Positions 12,561 to 24,106 of a DNA stretch of 64,000 nucleotides are shown here, in pieces (within the stretch, counting starts at the first letter, position 1; every line of letters begins with the position of its first letter). Location: positions 19,344,001 to 19,408,000 of the forward strand of contig NC_088807.1 in the NCBI RefSeq assembly GCF_011386835.1, in the 5' to 3' direction. The position numbers were made by a program, and so were the translations under genes. The notes under the pieces were generated by a model. It saw only the letters and a program-made list of their open reading frames with translations. It made no database searches and had not been told where the DNA came from. This stretch comes from Chrysemys picta bellii (lineage: Eukaryota).

Positions 12561-13309
12561 CTGTGGACCTGGCCCGCTTTTTGATGCTATCGCCGCCAGA
12601 GGCGCGGCCCCCCTTTTGAGACTCAGCCTGCCCTCTGATGTCACGCCTGCCGGCCCCGTCCGTTCGATGAGGACGCCACGGTGCCTTCCGATGACATCAC
12701 TGCTCTCCTCCAGCAGGCCGAATGCCCCCCGGTGCCGGGGTGGGAGTGAGTGGCGACCCTGGCGCATGGCTCCCTCACTCCAGATCTCACGGCCGGGACT
12801 GGGAGCTCTTCACGTGGGCCGTGGTATGGCCGAACCTCCACTTCCATCCCATCCCACCGCTGCCCCCCATGTACATATCTTTATATAGCGCTCTCTGGTT
12901 TCTCTCTTCCAGTGCTTCGGCTCTTTGGATTTCCAGCCCACTCCACTGCCATGGGGTGGGGGAGCGCCAGCCCCACCCCTCCAGCACACGTGAATGTAGT
13001 TTGAACAGCCTCAGCTCTTTTGAACCCCACCCCTCTCTCCCCAAGATTGTGGGTCACCCCCACGCTGCGGGGGACTGGGTCTTCGTATCATGCCTTTTTC
13101 TTTATTTCTCTTCCGTTTCTTCGCGGGCCGCTTGCGAGGCCCTGGGATCTTCGATCTCGTCACCCAGTAGAGTTCTGACGGGTCTCAGCCTCAAACCTTT
13201 TCATCCCTTCGTCCTGCTCTGCGTTCAGATCCCTCCCGTCCGATGCCAAAACATGCTCCTCTTCTGCACTGCGGTGTGCCTATGGGGCATGGCCAGCTGC
13301 TACCCATAC

Positions 13310-13450
13310 AGAGGTGCTGAGATGGGGTCCTGCCGCGCTGGGCGCTGCGCAGATATCGTCACCGAGAGCGGAGCCCCGTCAGGCCAGGCGCTGCCCAGAC
13401 ACAGAGTCACTGAGATCGGGGCCCTGTCGCGCTGGGCACTGCCCAGATAC
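13310..13450. repeat. Short array of the ~48-bp GAGATCGGGGCCC...GGGCRCTGCCCAGACACAGAGTCAC repeat
   Basis: Same unit as the array at 42790-43215. Confidence 0.7.
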
Positions 13451-16129
13451 ACACTATCTGTGTCTTCCCCACAGAGTTCTCCATCTAAACGTATCAAAAG
13501 CACCTGGAACCCAGGCTAACCCAAGGGCCCCCTCTCCCCTTCATGGCTGTACCACAGATAGTGGTTTATAGGCCGCGTACCCCCGTAGCTCTTTAGCCCA
13601 GGCGCTACACAATCTCATTCTTCCCCAAGGCATTAGGAACTCCCGAGGGCCTTGGCATGGCTTCTGGTGCAGAACGTCTTGGCCTCAAATAAAACCCCTC
13701 TCTTCACATTGGCTCCTGACGTCAGGGGACTCTCTGCAACCCTGGGAGGCAGTAGCTTAAAAACCAATACAAGGAGCGGCTTTGCTGCTATATGGTTAGC
13801 CTGCGGAACTCCCCACCACTGGATGTCTCTGTGGCACCTTCAAAGGATCAGCTTCTCTAGGGGTGACTGTGACTCACGGCAATTCAACCGGGCCCTCTGT
13901 CACAAATCTCTTCAGCTGGGGTTATAAATCAAGAGCTGAAATCATTTAAAGCCAACCCTCTGGGTGGGTTATGCCGTATTTGGGATGTCTTGTCCCTTCC
14001 CCTGAAGCAAGTCTGTAGAGACCACTGGTGGAGACGGGATACCAGGCTAGACGGGCCTGCCCATTGGTCAGTTCTTAGACTCCTGTGATTTGGGGGGGGG
14101 GTGCTTCAGTGTTTGGGGTGCCTGTCTCGAGCGCCTGATTGTGAGAGAGGCGGGCGCTCAGTGCTGCCAGGTAATTGGGAATGCCTTGATGGCATCCGGA
14201 AATCACAGGAACAGAGGAAATTGCCTGGAGGCGATTAATGGGCCCATCTGGCCCATCCCGTCTCTGACTGTGACCAGTACCGGATGCTTCAGGGGAAGGT
14301 GGTTAAAGCAGAATGTTTGGGAAATCAGGACTCCTGGGGTCTATCCCTGGGGAGGGGAGTGTATCTAGTGGTTAGAGCAGGGGAAGGGGATGTCAGGACT
14401 CCTGGGTTCCATTCCCCCTAAAACCGGTTTGATATCCTTTCTCATGTTACGATCCCGCTGGATAGTCCTGTTCTCCATGGAGTCTGGGGCGCTGAGATCG
14501 CCTAATCTGGCCCCCAGCGTAACGCAGGCTGGACCTGTCCACTCCCCTTTTGAACCGCCCTAAATTCTTGGTCTCAACGACTCCCTGTGGCGGTGAGTTC
14601 CCCAGACTCGTTCCACCTCATGTGGAAAAAAAGCATTGCCTTTAACTCCCATTGTCCTTCTAGCCAGTCTCTCACGCTCCCCTCCCCGCCCCCCCTTTCA
14701 AAACACCATCCCTGCCACCTGAAGAGGCCACTCCCTTTAAGGGTCAGGCTGCAGGACATGCCAGGCAGGGGGGTTTTAGGATTTGATTTTTTAGGGTCCC
14801 CTTTTGAGGGGCAATTTTCTCTCCCCGCGTCTGATCATCCGGGGTGGCAAAGCTCTAAGCTTTCCTCTCCGGATGGGGAGCCCCAGCCTCCAACCTTCCC
14901 CTCCCCGAGCTCGATTTCCGCTCCCCCCCCCCCCACTTCTCAGGATCTTTGCATGAGGTCAGCTGAGCTCTGCCCTCTTGACTTCACTGGTGCCATAGGA
15001 CATGGAATAGCCACGGCTCAGGACGCCCCGGCCCTGACCCACATCCGCCCTTATGGGTCCCAGGGGGCAGGGAATAGCCACAACTCAGGGCACCCCAGCC
15101 ATGACCCCGATCTGCCCCCATGGGCCCTGGGGGGCAAGGAATAGCCACAGTGTTGGGCGCCCCAGTCTGCCCCCTACCACCCAGCGGGGGTGCAGCACCC
15201 TCACCCTGGCCCCACGCTGGCTCGGGCAGAGCAGGACTCCTCGGGGGGGGGCTGGACTCCGCCGAAGCAGCACCCAGGGGCCCAAGCGTCCGCCGAGGCA
15301 GGGTATGGGGGGATTGGGGGAGAAGCTCGGGGGATTTCTGCCCCCCAATACTGGCGACGGCAGCACAAGCCATTCCCCCGTCCCCCCCTACCTCCCCACT
15401 ACATTGTGTTCCTGTGATCTGTGGGGGACCCCCTCCGCCCCCCCATTCCCCTCCCCAGACATCCCCTCCCCCCCGCTGAACTCGAATCAAGGGCTAATGT
15501 TTCCTCTTCCTCCCCTCCTCACCCCAGGGGTATTTTCGTGTTGGGGGCGAGCAGGTCGGGGTGGGGAGGGTCAGGGTTTTGTTGCTGTTGTTGTTGTTTT
15601 TTGGAAGCATCTCAATGCAAAACTTTCCCCTGATGGGGGGGAGGTCCCCTGGGTCTCTGCTGCCCTCCCCCCATCTTGGCTTTGGGGGGCAGAGGGAGCC
15701 AAGCCATTGGCTCCATTTGTCCTGCCCTTTGCCCCCCAACTCGAGCCATCACCCCCCCCCAAAAAATCCCAAGGATTTTGGATCTCCCAGTCAGCTCAGA
15801 CCCCAAGTTGGGGTGGGGGAGCGACCGGTTTGGGAGACTGCCATGGGCCTCCCTTGTGTGGCCCTCCTGGGGGTGTGTGTCACAGAGTGCCCCCCCTCGG
15901 TCCCATGCCTCCAAGCATAAGCCATAGTTGACCGGGGGCGGGTTGGGTCCCCGGATGAACAGCCATTTGGCCGGGATGGGACCCAGTACCCGCTGTTAGA
16001 GGAAAGGTGCTGAGATGTGAGGGGACTGGCTGGGGGGGATCCCTAGTCACCCACGTCGCTGGGAGTGGGGGGGGGGCTGGTCATGGCAACCTCGGGATTG
16101 TACAGAGAAGATGGGGCAGTATGTGTAGG

Positions 16130-17050
16130 GGGTGGGGACAGGCGGGAGGTGTGAGGGGAATGTGGGGGGAGGTGGGAAGTTGGGAAAAATGGGGAATAGC
16201 AGAGGCGGGGGGTCAGTGGGAGGTGGGGGGGTTGGCAGGAAGAATGTGGGGGGACAGCGGAGGTGTTTGAGAATGTGGGGGGATGGCAGGAGGTTTGGGG
16301 GGGATGGTGGGAGGTGTGGGGGGGTGATGGAGGTGGGGGGGTTGGCAGGAGGAATGTGGGGGGATGGGCAGGAGGTTTGGGGGGATGGTGGGAGGTGGGC
16401 AGGGTGATGGGGGGGTTGGCAGGAGGAATGTGGGGGATGGCAGGAGGTTTTGGGGGGCGGCGGGAGGTGTGGGGGGGTGATGGAGGTGGGGTTGGCAGGA
16501 GGAATGTGGGGGGATGGCAGGAGGTTTTGGAGGATGGCGGGAGGTGGGGGGGTGATGGAGGTGGGGGGTTGGCAGGAGGAATGTGGGGGGATGGCAGGAG
16601 GTTTTGGGGGGATGGCAGGAGGTGTGGGGGAGTGATGGAGGGCGGGGTTGGCAGGAGAATGCGGGGGGAATGCCGGAGGTTTTGGGGGACGGCGGAGGGG
16701 GTGATGGGGGGGTTGGCAGGAGGAATGTGGGGGATTGGCGGGAGGTTTTGGGGAACGGCGGGAGGTGTGGGAGGGTGATGGAGGGGGGTTGGCAGGAGGA
16801 ATGTGGGGGGATGGCAGGTTTTGAGGGACAGCGGGAGGTGTGGGGGGTGATGGAGGAGGTGGTTGGCAGGAGGTTTTGGGGGACGGGGGAAGTGTGGTGG
16901 GATGACGGAAATGGGAACAGCGGAAGTGTGGGAGGAACGTGGGGGGACAGCAGAAGGTGGGAGGTTGGGGGTTGGTGTGAAGTGCGTGAGGAATGTGGGG
17001 GGGACAGCAGAGGTGTGAGGGGTCTCTGGGAGGTGCAGGGGTTGGCAGGA
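16130..17050. repeat. G-rich degenerate minisatellite (GGTTGGCAGGAGGAATGTGGGGGGAT)
   Basis: Direct tandem units. Confidence 0.85.
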
Positions 17051-17364
17051 GGTGGAGGGGCTGCGTGGGTTCTATATGAAGATAACGCATGTGTGGGGAG
17101 CATGGGAGCCGTGCCGGATTGTGCCTGGCTGTGGGCGTCGGGTGTGGCACGCGCACAGCGGGATCCGGGTAGGCTCAGCAGGGGGCGCAATGTGTGTTGT
17201 ATGGTGAGTCCTCGGCACCATGCCTGAGACCCAGCTCTCCCTGCCCCTCGCAGGGCCGGGGGGCCCGCACCCCCCGGAGACCAGAACCCAGCAGCCGGGC
17301 CTATCCCCTCACCCCATGCTCAGCACCCACTCCCCATGGGAGTCCAGCACATCCTCCCCTCCGG

Positions 17365-18258
17365 GGCTGGCCGAGTCGCTCCTCCGCCCCGTGGCCCCGT
17401 TCTGGAGAACTCCCGGCACGATGCCGAGGGGCACCCAGGGCTGGGCCGTGTCGCTCCTCCGCCCCGTGGCCCCGTTCTGGAGAACTCCCGGCACGATGCC
17501 GAGGGGCACCCAGGGCTGGGCCGTGTCGCTCCTCCTCCCCGTGGCCCCGTTCTGGAGAACTCCCGGCACGATGCCGAGGGGCACCCAGGGCTGGGCCGTG
17601 TCGCTCCTCCGCCCCGTGGCCCCGTTCTGGAGAACTCCCGGCACGATGCCGAGGGGCACCCAGGGCTGGGATGTGTCGCTCCTCCGCCCCGTGGCCCCGT
17701 TCTGGAGAACTCCCGGCACGATGCCGAGGGGCACCCAGGGCTGGGCCGTGTCGCTCCTCCGCCCCGTGGCCCCGTTCTGGAGAACTCCCGACACGATGCC
17801 GAGGGGCACCCAGGGCTGGGCCGAGTCGCTCCTCCGCCCCGTGGCCCCGTTCTGGAGAACTCCCGGCACGATGCCGAGGGGCACCCAGGGCTGGGACGTG
17901 TCGCTCCTCCGCCCCGTGGCCCCGTTAAGGAGAACTCCCGGCACGATGCCGAGGGGCACCCAGGGCTGGGCCAAGTCGCTCCTCCGCCCCGTGGCCCCGT
18001 TCTGGAGAACTCCCGGCACGATGCCAAGGGGCACCCAGGACTGGGCCGTGTCGCTCCTCCGCCCCGTGGCCCCGTTCTGGAGAACTCCCGGCACGATGCC
18101 GAGGGGCACCCAGGGCTGGGCCGAGTCGCTCCTCCGCCCCGTGGCCCCGTTCTGGAGAACTCCCGGCACGATGCCGAGGGGCACCCAGGGCTGGGCCGTG
18201 TCGCTCCTCCGCCCCGTGGCCCCGTTCTGGAGAACTCCCGGCACGATGCCGAGGGGCC
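17365..18258. repeat. Homogeneous CpG-rich 75-bp tandem repeat, ~12 copies
   Basis: TCTGGAGAACTCCCGGCACG recurs every 75 nt (17401, 17476, 17551...), with few substitutions. Confidence 0.95.
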
Positions 18259-18859
18259 GGTTCTTCAGCCCCCGGGTGTCTTGTTTTGCATTTTTTTTAA
18301 TAGAAAAAAATAAAACAGTGTCTTCTATTTTTAGAACCGCGACTGTTTTGACCAGTCGCGTCACACGCGCTAAGGGTTAAGCCATAGGCTCTGACTGGAA
18401 AGCCCAGCCTCGGCTTGCGAGGCGCCCTCCCCCCTCCTGACCGGCCGGCGCGTGGCGTTGACTTCGGCCCCGTCTCCTTTGCCGGCCGGCAGGTATGGTG
18501 GTGCCTCCCGCGAAGTTCTGTGCGATCGGATGGATGTGTCGGCCCCCCAGCTCCCACGCTCAGGGTGTGACCGGCCTCGAAGCTGGCCTAGGCCTCACTT
18601 CGCGGCCACCTGGCTCTCGTCGCTCCTCAGGAGTCCCTATTGCGTGGCAGCTCCCCCGGCACGGCGGACCGAGGCACGCGGTGTCAGTGCCTAGGTGTGT
18701 GTGTGGGCAGGGGGGCCTGGGTCCCGAGCGCTGGGGAATGGCTGTGTAAACGTCCCATAAACAAGAGTCTTCACTGAGCGGCTTGTTCCCGCTCGTTCAC
18801 CCTCTGCCATTCATGGTCCGTTAGGCACTTGGCAGCGCGCTAGTGGTGAGCTTGTGTGT

Positions 18860-19420
18860 CTCAATAGTCATTTGCTATTCACTCCTTCCTGTTCACTTTG
18901 TTATTCACTTCCACTATCCCCATTCACTGCTCACCTTTCACTATTAGTCATTTGCTATTCACTCCTCCCTGTCCCCTGTTCACTGCTCACTGTTCACTTT
19001 GTTATTCATTTCCACTATCCCTGTTCACTGCTCACCTTTCACTATTAGTTATTTGCGATTCACTCCTCCCTGTCCCCTGTTCACTGTTCACTTTGTTATT
19101 CACTTCCACTAACACCGTTCATTGCTCACCTTTCACTATTAGTTATTTGCTATTCACTGTTCACTGTCCCCATTCACTCCTCACCGTTCACTATTAGTTA
19201 TTTTCTGTTCACTATCCCCATTCACTACTGGCTGCTCATTATTAGTTATTTACTATTCACTCTCCCCATTCACTGCTCACCATTCACTGTTAGTTATTTG
19301 CTATTCACCGTTCACTCTCCCCATTCACTGCTCACCATTCACTGTTAGTTATTTGCTATTCACCGTTCACTCTCCCCATTCACTGCTCACCGTTTCACTC
19401 TTCGCTGTTCATTGCCTGCT
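18860..19420. repeat. Degenerate TTCACTGCTCACC / ATTAGTTATTTGCTATTCAC repeat
   Basis: Recurring motifs on a G-poor strand. Confidence 0.8.
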
Positions 19421-20079
19421 ATGCAGTTTGCACTCTCAGATATAACTCACTATTCTTTATTCACTATTTGGCCCTCGTGTTTCACACTTCAATAGACATT
19501 ATTTCCTGTTCACGGTGTAGCTCGCTCTTTGCTGTTCACTGTTCTTTCTCTTGTCACCATTTCTCATTAAGACCCTCTCGTTCCCTGTCCGCTGTGCTTT
19601 GCATATGATTCCCGCTTCATCGCTCACTCTTCCCTGCATCTGCGCTAGTTCTCATTCCCTTGCCGCTCTTGACTCCTTGGCTGCCAGCCGCTACTCACCA
19701 GTGGCCGTTGGCTCCTCCTCACCCGCCTGGCTGTTTCGAGAAAGGCCCAGGAAGCCAGCGGGTGGCCAGTCCCACGCACCGCGAGATCAACCCACCATGG
19801 GCCGACAGGTGCAGAAAGTGTCCCGTGACCAATCAGTTGGGTTCCTGTAGCTCAAACCCAGGGAAATCAGGGCTAAACCCAGGGGAACAGGAGGGGCCTT
19901 AGCAGCCGGTCGTTCCACTGGCCCCAGTAGCGAAAGGGCCCCAATAACCAGCTACTGAGGACGGGGAACCCATTTCCCCTGCCGCACGTCCGCTCGTTTT
20001 CGGCCAGCAGAGGCTGCAGTTCCTGGTGTACCCCGAACACGCCATCTATGGGCAAAAGGGGGAACTGAGCCCTCCGCCC

Positions 20080-21540
20080 AGTGCCCCCTGCTGAGCCACC
20101 AGCCCCGCAGCCCAGCGCCCCCTACTGACCCCCCACCCCGCAGCCCAGCGCCCCCTGCTGAGCCCCCAGCCCCGCAGCACAGCGCCCCCTGCTGACCCCC
20201 CGCCCTGCTCCCCGCAGCACAGCGCCCCCTGCTGAGCCCCCCGCCCTGCAGCCCAGCGCCCCCTACTGACCCCCCGCCCCGCTCCCCACAGCGCAGCGCC
20301 CCCTGCTGAGCCCCCAGCCCCGTAGCACAGCGCCCCTTACTGAGCCCCCACCCCGCTCCCCGCAGCCCAGCGCCCCCTGCTGAGCCCCCAGCCCCATAGC
20401 ACAGCGCCCCCTACTGACCCCCCGCCCTGCTCCCCACAGCCCAGCGCCCCCTGCTGAGCCCCCCGCCCTGCAGCAAAGCGCCCCCTACTGACCCCCCGCC
20501 CCGCTCCCCGTAGCACAGCGCCCCCTACTGAGCCCCCACCCCGCTCCCCGCAGCCCAGCGCCCCCTGCTGAGCCCCCAGCCCCGTAGCACAGCGCCCCCT
20601 ACTGACCCCCGCCCTGCTCCCCGCAGCACAGCGCCCCCTACTGACCCCCCGCCCTGCTCCCCACAGCACAGCGCCCCCTGCTGAGCCCCCCGCCCTGCAG
20701 CAAAGTGCCCCCTACTGACCCCCCGCCCCGCTCCCCGTAGCACAGCACCCCCTACTGAGCCCCCACCCCGCTCCCCGCAGCCCAGCGCCCCCTGCTGAGC
20801 CCCCAGCCCCGTAGCACAGCGCCCCCTACTGACCCCCCGCCCTGCTCCCCGCAGCCCAGCGCCCCCTACTGACCCCCCGCCCTGCTCCCCACAGCACAGC
20901 ACCCCCTGCTGAGCCCCCCGCCCTGCAGCAAAGCGCCTCCTACTGACCCCCGCCCCGCTCCCCATAGCACAGCGCCCCCTACTGAGCCCCCACCCCGCTC
21001 CCTGCAGCCCAGCGCCCCCTGCTGAGCCCCCAGCCCCGTAGCACAGCACCCCCTACTGACCCCCCGCCCTGCTCCCCGCAGCCCAGCGCCCCCTGCTGAG
21101 CCCCCAGCCCCGTAGCACAGCGCCCCCTACTGACCCCCCGCCCTGCTCCCCGCAGCCCAGCGCCCCCTGCTGAGCCCCCAGCCCCGTAGCACAGCGCCCC
21201 CTACTGACCCCCCGCCCTGCTCCCCACAGCACAGCGCCCCCTGCTGACCCCCCGCCCTGCTCCCCACAGCACAGCGCCCCCTGCTGACCCCCCGCCCCCC
21301 TCCCCGCAGCCCAGCGCCCCCTGCTGAGCTCCCCGCCCCACAGCTCAGCGCCCCTACTGACCCCCTGCCCCACTCCCCGCAGCCCAGCGTCCCTGCTGAC
21401 CCCCCACCCAGTGCCCCCTGCTGAGCCCCCAGCCTTGCAGCCCAGCGCCCCCTGCTGAGCTCCCAGCCCTGCAGCACAGCGCCCTCTACTGACCCCCCGC
21501 CCTGCTCCCACAGCACAGTGCCCCCTGCTGAGCCCCCTGC
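20080..21540 (-). repeat. ~38-bp GC-rich minisatellite; each unit carries a CTCF-like motif on the minus strand
   Basis: CAGCGCCCCCT(G/A)CTGA repeats; the reverse complement is TCAG(C/T)AGGGGGCGCTG. Confidence 0.85.
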
Positions 21541-22439
21541 CCTGCCCCCCAGCGCCCCCTGCCCCAGTCCCATCAGCACAGTGGCCCCTCCTGAGCCCTC
21601 AGCACGGCGCCACCTAGCACCACACTGGGGTATCGGGGCCTGCACAGACTGCTGGGGGAGAGCGCCCCCTAGTGAGCAAAGGACCCATATAGCCTGGTAC
21701 CCTGCCCTCTCTCTGTCCCCCCAAATAAGACCCATGGCTCCATCTAGCTCAGTATCCCATCCCCTGCCAGACCCCTCCGGGTTAGACCTGTGGGCCCATC
21801 TAGCCCGGTATCTGACCCCAGCTGATCCCATCTCCGGCAGTGGGCAGCACCAGCTGCCTCAGAGGTAGGTACAAGGACACCCCCTAGTGGGCAGCCGAGG
21901 AGCAGCCTTCCAAACCCCAGTGCGGCAGGCAGAGTGGGGGGAGGTGAGTTGGTGGGGTCGTCCTTCTGGCTCTGAACTCCCCCTGGTCTGGCAAGGGGGT
22001 TCACGTGCCTTTAGGTCACCATCTGCGACTGCCTACCCCGACAACATCGGGGTGGGAGCCCCATCCGGCTACAGAAACGACGCAGCCCCTGGATCGCACA
22101 GAACTCGGAAGGCGCCAGAACCAAATCAGGTTAATTTAAACGGAATTTCAAGCAGAAAAAAAACCCCAAACCCTAATAATTAAAAATAATCAAAGTAATT
22201 AACTACCGACTCAATGAATCAGGGGACCATGCCAGCGGGTGCGGCAAATCTCGAAGGACTCTGGGCTCAACCCATAGGCCAGTGACTTCATATGTATTTA
22301 AAGGAGAAATAAAGTTGTTATAAAGTACCCGGGAATTGCTGTAATTTTGGGATTTTGAATAAACTGATGTTTCCTGCTGCTGGTTTTGAGTCCTCCCCTT
22401 GCTGTGAGCTGTTACTCACGACAGTGTGCAGATGCAGCC

Positions 22440-22830
22440 CCTCTAGGGCGGGGGGCGGTTATATGGAGACCCCTCTCCTGCCGCTGGGACGTGGCCCCTC
22501 TGGAGTGGGGCAGGGAGCTGGGTATACAGGGACACCTCGCCTGGTGCTGGGACGGGGGCTGGTTATCCGGGGACCCCTTGCCTGGCAATAAGACACGGCC
22601 CCTCTGGGGCAGGATGTGGGGGCTGGGGACCTGGGGACCCCTCGCCCGGCGCTGGGACACGGCCCCTCTGGGGCAGGATGTGGGGGCTGGGGATCCGGGG
22701 ACCCCTCGCCCGGCGCTGGGACACGGCCCCTCTGGGGCAGGATGTGGGGGCTGGGGACCCGGGGACCCCTCGCCCGGCGCTGGGACGTGGCCCCTCTGGG
22801 GCAGGATGTGGGGGCTGGGGACCCGGGGAT
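22440..22830. repeat. 57-bp GGGGACCCCTCGCCCGGCGCTGGGAC... tandem repeat; related units at 29160-29310, 40900-41585 and 57730-57990
   Basis: Direct tandem units; the CCCTCGCCCGGCG / GGGTATAC family recurs across the window. Confidence 0.8.
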
Positions 22831-23239
22831 CCCTGCCTGGCACAGGACAGCAGCAATTCTGCACAGGCCCGGCCCGATGGATCCGCCCAGCGGAGGATGT
22901 GGCCAGGCCCCATGGCCGTGGCGCTGCCGGCCGGAGGGTCCGAGTGCGTTTTATGGGGCACCCCGAATACCAGGCCTTTGGCTTTATTATGCTGAGAGAA
23001 GGGAGCAAGGACGCCCCCCAACGCCACCCTGGGGCATCAGGCACCCCCTCCCTGGAGCGCTATAGGGCTCATGACACACACTGAGCCTCTGGGGTGGCTC
23101 GGGGGACAGGGAAGGGGTCAGAAGGGGTCACAGGGCCCCTCCCCTCTGGGGACTGCCCCCAGGCCTGGCTGAGGTGGGGTGTGGTCATTCCTTTGATTTA
23201 GGGTGACCCTAATTCTCCCCCTGCCCATGGCCCCAATTC

Positions 23240-23830
23240 CATGAGCTGATTGGCTGATGTTATATTTGCATATTATATGAATATTTATAAGACTGTGATA
23301 TATACGGGGGGGGGGTTCGCTCCTTTAGCTCTGATTGGCTGCTTGGGCTGCCATTTTCAGCAAAATAAAGGGAAGTCCCGACCCCTCAAGTTTTTTTTTA
23401 AAGGTCGCGCCCCTTTGTGGGAAGTGGATCGTGTCCGGCCCTCCCCATTCCGTGCGAGCCTCTCTGCCCCCATTGGCTCCGGCGGCCGTCAATCCGGCAT
23501 TTCAAATCGCTGTCCCGCCCTTCTCCGCGACCGTTAGGGGTAAACAACCCTGTGCTCCCTCTTCCCCCCTCCCTCCTGCTTCTCAAACCGCCGCCTCCAC
23601 GCGTTCATATTCAAATCTCGCCAATCGGGTGGCTGGCCCCGCCCCTCTTCCCCTTTCCCATTGGCTCCTGCCCGTCGCGGACATTCGTTGTCAACGTCCT
23701 CCCGGGGAAGACAGGAGGGGGGGTTCAAACCCCTCCGTTCCACCGGGCCTGATTGGGCGGCCGGGATTCGAAAGGGCGTGGTCGGCCCGGGCCAAAGGCT
23801 ATAAAGTCCCTTGCTGGGCACTAGCCCAGC
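23240..23830 (+). promoter_or_regulatory. UBE2S: UBE2S promoter: CpG-rich, multiple CCAAT boxes, CHR-type elements, TATA-like element
   Basis: ATTGG/CCAAT at ~23250, 23334, 23472, 23622, 23660 and 23751; TTCGAA at 23767-23772; TTCAAA at ~23500, 23610 and 23724; CTATAAAG at ~23800. Confidence 0.7.
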
Positions 23831-24103
23831 TTCAGTGAGGGTGGGAGGCGATTGGAGAGAAGCCAGGAGGGGGAATCCCTGCAAGGGGGCAGCCCAGATT
23901 GGGGGGGGGCAGGTAGAGGGAAAGGGGTAAGCCTGGTTGGCACAGGTGGGGAGGGGGGGGCCTGAGAAGAGACCCTGCCTCTCCCCACCCTACAAAGTGA
24001 AGTGAGCGCTATAGGGCTGGGGGGGTAACCCCCAGATTTAGGGGGTGCCCTGCCTGTGCAGGGGGCACCTGGTGTCTGCCAACCTCAGGCCAGACCCACC
24101 GCC

Positions 24104-24106
24104 ATG
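24104..24106 (+). CDS. UBE2S: UBE2S start-codon exon (ATG only)
   Basis: CCCACCGCC-ATG|gtgagt: strong Kozak context, with the donor directly after ATG as in the mammalian gene. Phase 0 joins to AAC TCG AAC at 28029. Confidence 0.75.

Noticed and set aside
17201-17209. ATG|gtgagt as an alternative UBE2S first exon
   Set aside because: Poor Kozak context and far from the CCAAT/CHR promoter; 24104 fits much better.
17365-18258. CRISPR-like array
   Set aside because: Vertebrate DNA; units are contiguous with no unique spacers, and there are no cas genes.
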